From Saccharofermentans sp. (GTDB lineage: Bacteria > Bacillota > Clostridia > Saccharofermentanales > Saccharofermentanaceae), in assembly GCA_024403795.1 (NCBI GenBank), contig JAKSRD010000006.1, positions 12,589-76,588 on the forward strand: a stretch of DNA of 64,000 bases. The letters are read 5' to 3'. Below, piece by piece: positions 47,801 to 57,316 of this stretch. Position numbers and translations under genes: made by a program. A model generated the notes under the pieces. It saw nothing but the letters and a program-made list of their open reading frames with translations, did not search any database and had not been told where the DNA came from. Numbering within the stretch: the stretch's first letter is position 1; each line of letters starts with the position of its first letter.

Positions 47801-48613
47801 TTACCTGTAACGTGAGCAGAGAGAATGCGTCATTCTGTCTTCTTCGGGAGGCAGCTGCATATAATCTCCGTACTGAAGTCTGAGATATTTATCCGCATTG
47901 CGGGGAATGAAGAATTCTGTATCTTCGAACGGAACAAGTTCAGGATTCTCAATGTCAACTCTGTCCAGAGCAGAATCAGGTGTCGTATCATCTTCGCAAA
48001 GGACGCATACGCTCTTTGCCTTATCGTATTTGCTCCACGCACAGATCGAGGAGACACGGCGTTCATATTTGTGATTCCTGTTCGGGAGACACTTCAGAAT
48101 GAATTTGCGGACAGCAGCTTTTGCTTTGCTCTCACTGTCCGGGAGATATAAGGTAGCATTAAGAAGTCTCAAAGTGAGCATTCTGAGCGGATTCTGTATC
48201 CAGATCTTGGGCTTGATGATCCCGTCCAAAGGGAACAGGTCTACCCAGACACCCATGCCGCGAATGGGTTCTCTCAAATAAGAAGGTTCAACTACCGTCT
48301 TTGTATTGCAGGCACGAACGATGGCATAATGATAATTGTCATCTGTTGTGTGATCGAAAAGCTGTACGATCGGGCTTATCGGTTCCTTTTTACTTAGTTC
48401 GACGAGCTTGGTAATGTCTTCTCTCGGCATGTAGATATCCATGTCGTTGTCCCACGGAATAAAGCCCTTATGTCTAACCGCACCAAGCAAGGTGCCGTAG
48501 CCGAGGACATATCTGAGACCGTGTTTAACGCAATAAGCATGAAGATCCTTCATTACCTCAAGCTCGGCCATTTGTTCTTCTCGCACAGTGAGAAAACCGT
48601 CGGAATTGCTCAT
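47801..48613 (-). CDS. LicD family phosphotransferase (second, convergent)
   Basis: GTLLGAVRHKGFIPWDNDMD, VDLFPLD, YGDYMQLPP. Confidence 0.88.
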   Translation of the reverse strand: MSNSDGFLTVREEQMAELEVMKDLHAYCVKHGLRYVLGYGTLLGAVRHKGFIPWDNDMDIYMPREDITKLVELSKKEPISPIVQLFDHTTDDNYHYAIVRACNTKTVVEPSYLREPIRGMGVWVDLFPLDGIIKPKIWIQNPLRMLTLRLLNATLYLPDSESKAKAAVRKFILKCLPNRNHKYERRVSSICAWSKYDKAKSVCVLCEDDTTPDSALDRVDIENPELVPFEDTEFFIPRNADKYLRLQYGDYMQLPPEEDRMTHSLCSRYR

Positions 48614-48888
48614 TTATAATGCCCCCGTCATAACTGATATGCGGTGATTATAGCATAACTTCCCGTTTATCATGATTTATTGAAGCCCCGAGAATCGGGT
48701 TTTGAGGTCAAACAAAAATCGTTTGAGTGAAAAATTGGGCAATATCCCTGATTTAGGATCAAATTTACATTCTTGTGACAAATTTACTGTGGAAAAGCCT
48801 AATTAATAAGAGTAGAATTCTTAAGGTGCAGAAAAAAGGCACTATTAATGTTAATAATCCCGATTAGGGAATTTAGGAGGAATTCAAT

Positions 48889-49923
48889 ATGGCAGTAAAA
48901 GTTGCGATTAACGGTTTCGGTCGTATCGGTCGTCTTGCTTTCAGACAGATGTTCGGTGCTGAGGGTTATGAGGTTGTTGCTATCAACGATCTTACAAAGC
49001 CTTCTATGCTCGCTCACCTTTTGAAGTATGACACAGCACAGGGTGGTTACGCTGGCGTTTTCGGCGAGAACAAGCACACTGTAACTTCTGATGACGAAGC
49101 TAACACAATCACAGTTGATGGTAAGACACTTAAGATCTACGCTGAGAAGGAAGCTGTTAATTGCCCTTGGGGTGAGCTCGGTGTTGACGTAGTCCTCGAG
49201 TGCACAGGTTTCTACACATCAAAAGAGAAGTCAATGGCTCACATTCAGGCTGGCGCTAAGAAGGTTGTTATCTCTGCTCCTGCAGGCAACGATCTTCCTA
49301 CAATCGTTTACAATGTTAACCACACAACACTCACAGCTGATGATAAGATCATCTCTGCTGCTTCTTGCACAACAAACTGCCTTGCACCTATGACAAAGGC
49401 TCTCAATGATTTCGCTGCTATCCAGAGCGGTATCATGACAACAGTTCACGCTTACACAGGCGATCAGATGATCCTTGACGGTCCTCAGAGAAAGGGTGAC
49501 CTCCAGAGAGCAAGAGCAGGTGCTGCTAACATCGTACCTAACTCTACAGGCGCTGCTAAGGCTATCGGCCTCGTAATCCCTGAGCTCAACGGCAAGCTCA
49601 TCGGTGCTGCTCAGAGAGTTCCTACAACAACAGGTTCTACAACAATTCTTCACGCTGTTGTTAAGGGCGAAGTTACAGTTGACGGTATCAACGCTGCTAT
49701 GAAGGCTGCTACAACAGAGTCTTTCGGCTACACAGAAGAGAAGCTCGTTTCTTCTGATATCGTTGGTATGAAGTTCGGTTCACTCTTCGATGCTAACCAG
49801 ACAATGGTTTCCAAGATGGATGACGGTAACTCACTCGTTCAGGTTGTTGCTTGGTACGATAACGAGAATTCTTACACATCACAGATGGTAAGAACAATCA
49901 AGTACTTCGCAGAGCTCGGCTAA
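48889..49923 (+). CDS. gap: Type I glyceraldehyde-3-phosphate dehydrogenase
   Basis: [35 protein letters not shown]; strong codon bias; SD AGGAGG. Confidence 0.97.
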   Translation: MAVKVAINGFGRIGRLAFRQMFGAEGYEVVAINDLTKPSMLAHLLKYDTAQGGYAGVFGENKHTVTSDDEANTITVDGKTLKIYAEKEAVNCPWGELGVDVVLECTGFYTSKEKSMAHIQAGAKKVVISAPAGNDLPTIVYNVNHTTLTADDKIISAASCTTNCLAPMTKALNDFAAIQSGIMTTVHAYTGDQMILDGPQRKGDLQRARAGAANIVPNSTGAAKAIGLVIPELNGKLIGAAQRVPTTTGSTTILHAVVKGEVTVDGINAAMKAATTESFGYTEEKLVSSDIVGMKFGSLFDANQTMVSKMDDGNSLVQVVAWYDNENSYTSQMVRTIKYFAELG

Positions 49924-49948
49924 TAGCTGAATCTAAGTACAGATCATC

Positions 49949-49980
49949 AGAGGCTGTCACGGTTGTGGCAGCCTCTTTTT
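49949..49980 (+). terminator. Intrinsic terminator of gap
   Basis: AGAGGCTGTCAC/GTGGCAGCCTCT stem plus T run. Confidence 0.85.
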
Positions 49981-50110
49981 GTGGAATTCGGATGAGTATA
50001 TCTATCCGCCGGCTTATTTTTTGAGAGTTATCTATATCGATATTTCTGATGTCCGTTTAGACAGAGACGACAATTTCCGGTTTTAATACCGATAGCTGAA
50101 AAAATACAGA

Positions 50111-51007
50111 TCAAAGATGGATATCGACGACTGTTGCTTCCGGAAGTGATAAGAACCTTACGGGAAGAACGCCGCAGCCTAATCCGCGGGACACAAAGAC
50201 TGAGGTGCCCATGATGTTATAGCAACCCTGTACAACGCCGTATCCGGGCATGCAGTCTGCTTTACGTAAAGCCGTGAATTGCAGACGGAAAGGAAGCTTC
50301 ATCTGACCGCCGTGGAGATGACCTGAGAGCATGAATGTCGGCCTGTCAGAAGGATCAATGTGGATCAGAGCTTCCGGATCGTGAGCCACAAGAATTACCG
50401 GATCATGACTGCCTTCGGGAAGAGTTTGCTGCCACACACGGTTATGTCTTCCTGAATTCGGATGACCTGCAAGAGAGATCTTTGCACCGGTCTTGTGTGA
50501 GATCAGATCAGTGACTTTGTTATCAAGGCTGATGAAGCCTGAAGCGGCAGGCGCGTTCGCGGCGATGGCGTAATCGTGGTTGCCGCAGACGCCGTAGAAG
50601 GGAATTCCGAGTTCTTTGCAACAATCACTGATCTTGCGCAGATATTTGAAGCCGCCTGCTGCATTGTTGGTCCTGGAAGCGATGTCACCGCCGAAGATTA
50701 CGGCATCAAGAGGAGCACTCTTGTGACATTTCTCTATTGCTTTGCTTATGCGTTTGGCACTGACCGGACACCATTCTGAATGAATGTCAGAGATAAAAAA
50801 GAGTCTGACATCCGGGTCGTCTTGAATGTCTTCGGGGATCAAGGGCAGGCTTTTTACGCTTATGTCGTTGAAGGAAGCTCTGTCTTCATGCGTATCCTTG
50901 AGAACTGCTCTGTCAAGATCAAGGAAGAACGGTTCAGCAAGACACCATATCCCGTATGACAGGATAAGTGCTCCCAAAGTAATTAAAACCGCATAGAAGA
51001 TCGTCAT
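50111..51007 (-). CDS. Membrane-anchored metallophosphoesterase (YkuE/YaeI-like)
   Basis: N-terminal TM; SDIH, GGD, GNHD, AH.P, SGHLHGGQ, VSRGLG. Confidence 0.85.
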   Translation of the reverse strand: MTIFYAVLITLGALILSYGIWCLAEPFFLDLDRAVLKDTHEDRASFNDISVKSLPLIPEDIQDDPDVRLFFISDIHSEWCPVSAKRISKAIEKCHKSAPLDAVIFGGDIASRTNNAAGGFKYLRKISDCCKELGIPFYGVCGNHDYAIAANAPAASGFISLDNKVTDLISHKTGAKISLAGHPNSGRHNRVWQQTLPEGSHDPVILVAHDPEALIHIDPSDRPTFMLSGHLHGGQMKLPFRLQFTALRKADCMPGYGVVQGCYNIMGTSVFVSRGLGCGVLPVRFLSLPEATVVDIHL

Positions 51008-51108
51008 TCCGAAGGCAGTTCTCCTTTTTTCTTAATTATATAATATGCAGTTGCCATTCGTGTGATATAATTCTAACAATCAAACAAGATTCTGAGGAGG
51101 AATTTAGG

Positions 51109-51351
51109 ATGCCTAAGACAGAAATCACATACGAGATCGTCCAGCAGATCGGAATTCTTAAGGAGAATAAGTCCGGTTGGCAGCGTGAGCTTAATATCGT
51201 TAAGTGGAATAACGGTAAGCCGAAGCTCGATATTCGTGATTGGGGCCCGAACCATGAGAAGGTAGGCAAGGGTATTTCTCTTGATTTTGAAGAATACAAT
51301 ACTCTCAAGGCTTATCTTGAGGATGGCGACTTTACTTCTCTCGACGAGTAA
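51109..51351 (+). CDS. YdbC/PC4-like ssDNA-binding protein
   Basis: GWQRELN.V.WN...KLDIRDW..HEKVGKGISL; SD AGGAGG; TGnTATAAT at 51063-51071. Confidence 0.85.
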   Translation: MPKTEITYEIVQQIGILKENKSGWQRELNIVKWNNGKPKLDIRDWGPNHEKVGKGISLDFEEYNTLKAYLEDGDFTSLDE

Positions 51352-51409
51352 TCTCTCGTCTGGTTTTAAGTTTAATTGACTTATTGAAAGGGCGCTTTGT
51401 TTTGCGTCA

Positions 51410-52048
51410 TTGTTCGGTATGAGAAGTGAAGAACGAGCCGGTATTATCTCGGTAGTAATGTTGTTTTTGTGGGGGACTCTGATTGCAGAGCCCTTCCATA
51501 TTTTTGCGCGGAATATCTCAACGACAGTCAGGTATGCTTTCTCTGCTTTGGGCGATGCAAGCATCGTTAGATCCCTGATCCTTTATGTTGTCGTTGTCTC
51601 GGCAGTCATTTTGCTTCAGATGCTGTCGAAGACCAGATTAGGGATCTTTATTCCCTGCGTGATCTCAACGGCACTTATCCTGATACTTGTCATAAAAAGC
51701 ATTGCGAGATCAACGGTAAACTACCACGACGCACTTTGCCTGGCGATTCCGGCTGTAATAGCGATAATCTTATACCTGATCAAATCAGAGCGTTTGTTAA
51801 AATGGCTGACCGATGTTTATGTATATTCGCTTGGCGTTGCTCTGATCAATTCCTTGCTGTTTGTTCCGATAGCAAAGCTTAACGGAACAGTCGGCATAAT
51901 CCTTTACATTACAAGATATAACGATCTTGATATTACGAGCAGCATGAGCGGGCTTGCAGGAATACCCGAGCTTGTCTGGGGAATATTCATGACTGCTTTT
52001 GCCGTATTACCGATAATCTATCTGGCTACTTCAAGCAGAAGGAAATGA
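51410..52048 (+). CDS. Hypothetical polytopic membrane protein
   Basis: About 6 hydrophobic segments; ends 1 nt before ligA; start uncertain (51410 or 51419). Confidence 0.6.
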   Translation: MFGMRSEERAGIISVVMLFLWGTLIAEPFHIFARNISTTVRYAFSALGDASIVRSLILYVVVVSAVILLQMLSKTRLGIFIPCVISTALILILVIKSIARSTVNYHDALCLAIPAVIAIILYLIKSERLLKWLTDVYVYSLGVALINSLLFVPIAKLNGTVGIILYITRYNDLDITSSMSGLAGIPELVWGIFMTAFAVLPIIYLATSSRRK

Positions 52049-52049
52049 T

Positions 52050-54089
52050 ATGGAACAAATGGATCTTTTCTCCGGCATTTTGAGTAATGATGCCGAGCGT
52101 GACGAATACCTTGAACTGGTAAAGAAGCTCAATCATTTTGCTGAATTGTACTATGCAAAAGATGAACCGGAGATATCTGATTTTGAGTATGATTCCATGA
52201 ATAATCGCTTGAAGCAGATCGAGAAGGAACATCCCGATTGGATCGTTCCCGAATCTCCTTCCGTAAGAGTAGGCTGGAAGGCTGAGAAAGGGGTGCTTGT
52301 AAAGCACAACGTGCCGATGCTCTCGCTTCAGGATGTTTTCTCGAAGGATGAAGTAGATGAATTTGTTAATTCAATGATAGAGGAATTCGGAGGAGAAGCG
52401 GAATTCCTGGTAGAGACCAAGATCGACGGTCTCTCCATGGCTTTAAGATATGAGGAAGGCGAGCTGAAGCTTGCGGTAACGCGAGGTGACGGAATTACCG
52501 AAGGTGAGGACGTCACCATGAATGCCCGTCAGATACCTGATGTTGTCCTCAAGATGAAAGACCCGGTTCCGTATATCGAGATCAGAGGGGAAGTATACAT
52601 GACCCGTAAAGCTTTTGCCGATGTTAATGCAAAAGCTGAAGAAGAGGGTAAGAAGACCTTTGCAAATCCCAGAAACTGTGCCGCCGGAACGTTACGACAG
52701 ATCGATACGAGAATTACAAAGGAGAGAGGCCTGTCACTCTTTATCTTCAATGTTCAGGAGACCAGAGGTGTTACGTTCGATACACACCTTGAAGGATACG
52801 AATATCTGAAGCGTAACAATGTTAAAGTTATCGAGAATTGCTTCAAGTGCAAGACTGCAGATGAAGTATGGGCAGCGATCACAAAGATAGGAGAGATGCG
52901 CGGCGAACTGGAATATGATATCGACGGTGCTGTAGTAAAGCTCAATAATCTTTCCGAGAGAAGCAAGCTCGGCAATACGATCAAGTTCCCGAGATGGGCG
53001 ATAGCCTATAAGTATCCGCCGGAAGTAAAAGAGACACGGCTCATTGATATTGAAGTTAATACGGGAAGAACCGGAAGAGTTACTCCCGTTGCGATCTTTG
53101 AGCCTATCAGTCTTTGCGGAACGATGGTATCCCGTGCGACACTTCACAATCAGGATTTTATCGATCAGATGGGACTCGGTATCGGAGATACGATACTGGT
53201 CTATAAATCAGGTGAGATCATTCCGAAGATAAAGGGCGTAGTGGCTGAGAAGAGACAGGCGGATTGGCATCTCTATAAGATGCCCGACAGTTGCCCCGTG
53301 TGCGGCCATAAGCTCGTACGAGATGAAGGCGGTGTCGATCTTAAGTGCGTCAATCTCATGTGCCCCGGAACGCTTGTAAATCGCATCGTAAACTTTGTGT
53401 CACGCGATTGTATGGACATTAAAGGCTTCGGTACGGAATACATCAGGAAACTTACCGAGGACGGCTATATCAAGGATATCGCGGATGTTTTCGAGCTTCG
53501 TGCAAAAAGAGAAGAACTCATCGAGAAGAAGATCCTCGGTCTTGAACGCAATACCGATAAGCTTTTTGCAGCTATTGATGACGCGAAAAGAGACACACCG
53601 GCCGACAAGGTCCTTGCCGGTCTCGGTATCCCGGGCGTCGGTAAAGCCACGGCAAAAGAACTTATTAGAACATTCAGTTCCATAGATGCGATCGAAGAAG
53701 CGGGGAAAGATGATCTATTGCTTGTTCAGGACATCGGAGAGATATCAGCGGAAGCTATCTATAATTTCTTTCATGACGAAGGAAACAAAGCGTTGCTGGC
53801 GCGTCTCAAAGAACTTGGTCTGAATTTTGTCAGAGAGGAAAGCGAAGTTCAGGGAACTGCGCTTACAGGATTGACTTTCTGCATCACCGGAACACTTGAC
53901 GGAATGTCACGCGGTGATGCCGAGAAGCTTATCGAGAGCAACGGAGGCAAGCCGGTATCTTCCGTATCCAAAAAGACATCCTATCTTCTCATGGGCGCAG
54001 ATGCCGGATCAAAGGAACGCAAGGCCAGAGAACTCGGTGTGCCGATCATCAGCCTTGAAGAGCTTAAAGACATGATTACCAAAGGTTGA
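52050..54089 (+). CDS. ligA: NAD-dependent DNA ligase
   Basis: KIDG, TRGDG..GED, EIRGE, NPRN, AYKYP, GRTG, C4 zinc finger, BRCT. Confidence 0.96.
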   Translation: MEQMDLFSGILSNDAERDEYLELVKKLNHFAELYYAKDEPEISDFEYDSMNNRLKQIEKEHPDWIVPESPSVRVGWKAEKGVLVKHNVPMLSLQDVFSKDEVDEFVNSMIEEFGGEAEFLVETKIDGLSMALRYEEGELKLAVTRGDGITEGEDVTMNARQIPDVVLKMKDPVPYIEIRGEVYMTRKAFADVNAKAEEEGKKTFANPRNCAAGTLRQIDTRITKERGLSLFIFNVQETRGVTFDTHLEGYEYLKRNNVKVIENCFKCKTADEVWAAITKIGEMRGELEYDIDGAVVKLNNLSERSKLGNTIKFPRWAIAYKYPPEVKETRLIDIEVNTGRTGRVTPVAIFEPISLCGTMVSRATLHNQDFIDQMGLGIGDTILVYKSGEIIPKIKGVVAEKRQADWHLYKMPDSCPVCGHKLVRDEGGVDLKCVNLMCPGTLVNRIVNFVSRDCMDIKGFGTEYIRKLTEDGYIKDIADVFELRAKREELIEKKILGLERNTDKLFAAIDDAKRDTPADKVLAGLGIPGVGKATAKELIRTFSSIDAIEEAGKDDLLLVQDIGEISAEAIYNFFHDEGNKALLARLKELGLNFVREESEVQGTALTGLTFCITGTLDGMSRGDAEKLIESNGGKPVSSVSKKTSYLLMGADAGSKERKARELGVPIISLEELKDMITKG

Positions 54090-54694
54090 TTCACATGGAT
54101 ATCAATGAAGAGAAATCGAGGATCAGAAAAGAAGTCAAGAAAAGAAGAGCAGAGCTTTCTTCTGCTGTTCTCGCGGAGATAGAGAACCTTCTTCCTGATT
54201 TTATCCTGGGAATAGAAGATGAAGAACTGACATCAGTTCTTGAAAAAGCAAAAAGGATCGCACTCTATCGTTCGGTCAGGGGCGAAGTGCCTGTGGACAA
54301 ACTTGCCGAGGCACTTATGGCATCCGGTAAGAAATGTTGCTTTCCGAGAGTCTGTGATGACAGGATGGTTTTCTGTGATTGCGAGAACTTGTCTGATTCG
54401 GAGTTTGAGGTCTCTTCATTAGGCATAAAAGAACCTGTCGGAACTAAGTCTCCGGTCGATCCTCACACCATTGATGTTGTCGTGCTGCCGGCGGTTGCTT
54501 ATAATGAAGAAGGAACAAGGCTTGGCATGGGTGGCGGTTATTACGACCGTTATATCGGCGCTTGCGGTAAAGACAGGCCGTATCTTCTGGGTATCTGCTA
54601 CGAGTTCCAGATATGTTCCGATGTTCCTTCAAGCGATCAGGATATAGCAGCGGATTTTGTCGCTGTAATTCCTGAAGAGATCTACGGAGAATAG
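54086..54694 (+). CDS. 5-formyltetrahydrofolate cyclo-ligase
   Basis: K..IRK, GEVP, GIKEP, RLGMGGGYYDRY. Confidence 0.88.
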   Translation: MIHMDINEEKSRIRKEVKKRRAELSSAVLAEIENLLPDFILGIEDEELTSVLEKAKRIALYRSVRGEVPVDKLAEALMASGKKCCFPRVCDDRMVFCDCENLSDSEFEVSSLGIKEPVGTKSPVDPHTIDVVVLPAVAYNEEGTRLGMGGGYYDRYIGACGKDRPYLLGICYEFQICSDVPSSDQDIAADFVAVIPEEIYGE

Positions 54695-54703
54695 AAAGAC
54701 TAT

Positions 54704-55138
54704 ATGCGTTATTTTATTGCAAATTTGGCAGCTCATTTGTTGGTAACGGCAGTTTTTGTCGTTCTGACGTCTATTTTTGCGGCGCGTAACAAAAAACGGA
54801 AAGTAAAGCATGTAGCCATGTATTTTTTGCCGATCGTTTGTGCTATTGCGGCTATAGTCTATATTGTATTGTTTACCGCTCCCAGACTTACTGACGTAAA
54901 TAACATGCTTAACAGTAATTACTATTACAACAGCGGTACAGTCGAGAAGATCGGATCTTTCAGAAATTACTTTGTGATCGACGGCAATTACTACTACATG
55001 AATCCGCTTCGTAATAAGATGAATGAGGGCGATGTCGTCAGGATCAAGCGCACGCCTAACTCCTCGTTTACCGTGGATATTACCATGATCGAGGATACCG
55101 ATATGGCAGAAGACACGGAGCCGGAAGAGACAAATTGA
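54704..55138 (+). CDS. Hypothetical membrane protein (2 TM plus small beta domain)
   Basis: 144-aa ORF co-oriented in the ligA run; two hydrophobic helices. Confidence 0.6.
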   Translation: MRYFIANLAAHLLVTAVFVVLTSIFAARNKKRKVKHVAMYFLPIVCAIAAIVYIVLFTAPRLTDVNNMLNSNYYYNSGTVEKIGSFRNYFVIDGNYYYMNPLRNKMNEGDVVRIKRTPNSSFTVDITMIEDTDMAEDTEPEETN

Positions 55139-55274
55139 CTTTCCCTCAAGAAAAAAGTCTCAATTTTTGCCGAAAAGTCTCATTTTCGGGCCTGAATTTT
55201 TCTCCTGACGCATTTTGTTGACACAGACACATTTTGACAACGTACACTCTCTGTAAGAACAGGAGGTGAACGTT

Positions 55275-55814
55275 GTGGAGAATCGTGTATTAGGAAAAAA
55301 TCCAGTTGAATTATCTGTCGTATGCAGTGATCTCAGTCTGCTCGAGAACATCAATTCGTTGCTTCGGGAGAATGGCGTAATCTCGATAGAAGATGAATCA
55401 GGTATCCTTCATTACATTGTAGACGGAAGAAGCAACCGGTCAGAAGCAGCAGGCAAGGTGACATCGATCGGCCCCGGCAATTCGGAGGATGCGATAAAAG
55501 TGGAATCCTATCTCGATACATGTATCAGGACTTCAATGAGGGAATATGGTTTTGATCCTTCTCTTATCGGGACTACCATAATCTACAGAGCCATTATGGT
55601 CTCTTACAAGACAAAGACCGCGCTTCCGCTTACTTTGAAGGGACTGTATGCAGAGTCAGCACGGGAATTCGGTCTGAGTTATGAGCAGGCCGAACGTGAC
55701 GTGCGATATGCAATCACCAGAAGCAGTCTGAAGAAGATGCGAAGCAGAGCCGCAATAAGGTGTCTTCAGGGACGGATCGAGAGAAGACTGGGCTTCAGAG
55801 ATCCGACTGAGTAA
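55275..55814 (+). CDS. Protein with Spo0A C-terminal DNA-binding-like domain and no receiver domain
   Basis: GF..SL.G...I..AI, K.LY...A..F......ERDVRYAI; GTG 55275 lies 8 nt after AGGAGG. Confidence 0.65.
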   Translation: MENRVLGKNPVELSVVCSDLSLLENINSLLRENGVISIEDESGILHYIVDGRSNRSEAAGKVTSIGPGNSEDAIKVESYLDTCIRTSMREYGFDPSLIGTTIIYRAIMVSYKTKTALPLTLKGLYAESAREFGLSYEQAERDVRYAITRSSLKKMRSRAAIRCLQGRIERRLGFRDPTE

Positions 55815-56502
55815 CAACTTTTCTGAGCTTGTGTTTCTGTACTATTGCAATCGCAATTCCAAGAATAACGGCAACAATGCACAGTAGCTGGTTCAGTGAT
55901 ATCAGAACACCGATCTGTTCTTCTCTCAGATATGCTAAAAGGAATTTACAGATACCGCACAGGATAAGTACCGGCGGAAGTATCTGTTTCTGTTCTGACT
56001 TCAGATAGATGATCAGACAGATAACGAATATCAGGAAGAATACAATGCTTTCTGTTGCCTGAACAGGGAAGAGGTTCCCGGTCCGGAAATATTCATTGGA
56101 ATAACTGATATGGAATAATCCTTCATATGGGATGCCGTGACAGCAACCTGCAAAATGACAGCCGATCTTGGCGATCGAATACATCAGTGGTGCTGTCAGA
56201 AAGTATGCATCAGTAATATCCTTTGCGATCGGAGGATATATGAACCGGTATATGATTATTCCGGAGACCAATCCAAAAGCTGCACCGAGACTCGAGAATC
56301 CTGACTTGAGAAGATCTGTTGAGGTTCCTTGTGTAAAGAGCGCGAAGATCTTCGAGAAATATGCTGCCATCAGGAAATTAATGAACGCGCAGAAAAACAC
56401 ATGCATCTTTGCGACCTTCTTATGCAAAAGGATACCGCTTGCCATGGCAAACGGTATCACAAATGACATTATAAGAAAGAAACCGTAATAGTTGAATCTC
56501 AT
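55795..56502 (-). CDS. Prolipoprotein diacylglyceryl transferase-like protein (Lgt paralog)
   Basis: About 7 TM segments; IAKIGCHFAGCCHG, FPVQ..ES, F...YLR, SLNQ; start placed at ATG 56502. Confidence 0.7.
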   Translation of the reverse strand: MRFNYYGFFLIMSFVIPFAMASGILLHKKVAKMHVFFCAFINFLMAAYFSKIFALFTQGTSTDLLKSGFSSLGAAFGLVSGIIIYRFIYPPIAKDITDAYFLTAPLMYSIAKIGCHFAGCCHGIPYEGLFHISYSNEYFRTGNLFPVQATESIVFFLIFVICLIIYLKSEQKQILPPVLILCGICKFLLAYLREEQIGVLISLNQLLCIVAVILGIAIAIVQKHKLRKVVTQSDL

Positions 56503-56503
56503 T

Positions 56504-57250
56504 TTACATATTGCAAGCAGTGCAAAGCGCTGCAAAGAACAACCAAACTAATACTACTGTGACAACTGCAAGGGCAGCTTCGCCAATATAGATCCACATA
56601 AGAACTTTTGCGAATTTGTTTTTCTTATATTTTACTCTGGCAATGATCATCAGAATGATCGAGGCAATATAAGTACCTGAAATAGCAAAAGATAAAATGT
56701 AATTAAGTGTATCCGGCATAGAATATGAGTATTCCCCAATTCCCGTGGCGGCATAAGCCTCAAGCGAAGAAATGATAGAACTAACAGCAACTCCCGCGAT
56801 CTGAAGAATGAGCGAGATCCTGCTAAGTCTGTTACCCGCTTTTTTATCTTCGGGAGTCTCGTCAGCCGGTTGTTCAGGCTGAAATTGTTGGGCAGGCTGA
56901 GGCTGTATAGGTTGATATTGCTGAATCGGCTGATATTGCTGGACAGGCTGGTAAGCGGCTTGCGCGGGCTGAGGCTGCTGAACAGGTTGCTGATAAGCGA
57001 CCTGAACGGGCGCTGTCTGCTGTACGGGCTGCATCGGCTGAACCGGCGGCATGTATGCGGACTGATTAGGCTGAATCGGCTGTGTCTGCTGAACCGGCGG
57101 CATGTATGCAGCTTGATTAGGCTGAATCGGCTGTGTCTGCTGAACCGGCGGCATGTATGCGGATTGATCAGGTTGAGCCTGCTGTGCCGGCTGATAAGGA
57201 GCCTGATTAGGCTGAGGGTTGGGATTCTGTAATCCATTCATATCACTCAT
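56504..57250 (-). CDS. Q/P-rich N-terminal membrane protein with 3 TM segments and C-terminal CxxC
   Basis: GGAGG SD; repetitive Q/P/Y N-half; TM helices; ends AALCTACNM. Confidence 0.7.
   Translation of the reverse strand: MSDMNGLQNPNPQPNQAPYQPAQQAQPDQSAYMPPVQQTQPIQPNQAAYMPPVQQTQPIQPNQSAYMPPVQPMQPVQQTAPVQVAYQQPVQQPQPAQAAYQPVQQYQPIQQYQPIQPQPAQQFQPEQPADETPEDKKAGNRLSRISLILQIAGVAVSSIISSLEAYAATGIGEYSYSMPDTLNYILSFAISGTYIASIILMIIARVKYKKNKFAKVLMWIYIGEAALAVVTVVLVWLFFAALCTACNM
57037..57168 (-). repeat. In-frame 51-bp tandem repeat (about 2.6 copies; AYMPPVQQTQPIQPNQS/A)
   Basis: Units begin at 57037, 57088 and 57139 on the + strand. Confidence 0.85.
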
Positions 57251-57287
57251 ATAATTACCTCCAAAGATAAAATATCCCCGTAGCTGA

Positions 57288-57316
57288 AGTATATACTTTG
57301 ATAATCAAAATATCAA
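57288..57316 (-). promoter_or_regulatory. sigmaA-type promoter for the Q/P-rich gene and lgt-like gene
   Basis: TTGATA-17bp-TATACT on the minus strand; spacer holds the palindrome TTTGAT-N-ATCAAA. Confidence 0.6.

Noticed and set aside
41844-48613. LicD locus as a mobile island or a phosphonate cluster
   Set aside because: No integrase, transposase, tRNA or flanking repeats are visible; there is no PEP mutase, and the ThDP enzyme has the ALS-type middle domain
48773-48790. TTGTGACAAATTTACTGT as a Rex operator upstream of gap
   Set aside because: Only the left half matches TTGTGAA-N4-TTCACAA
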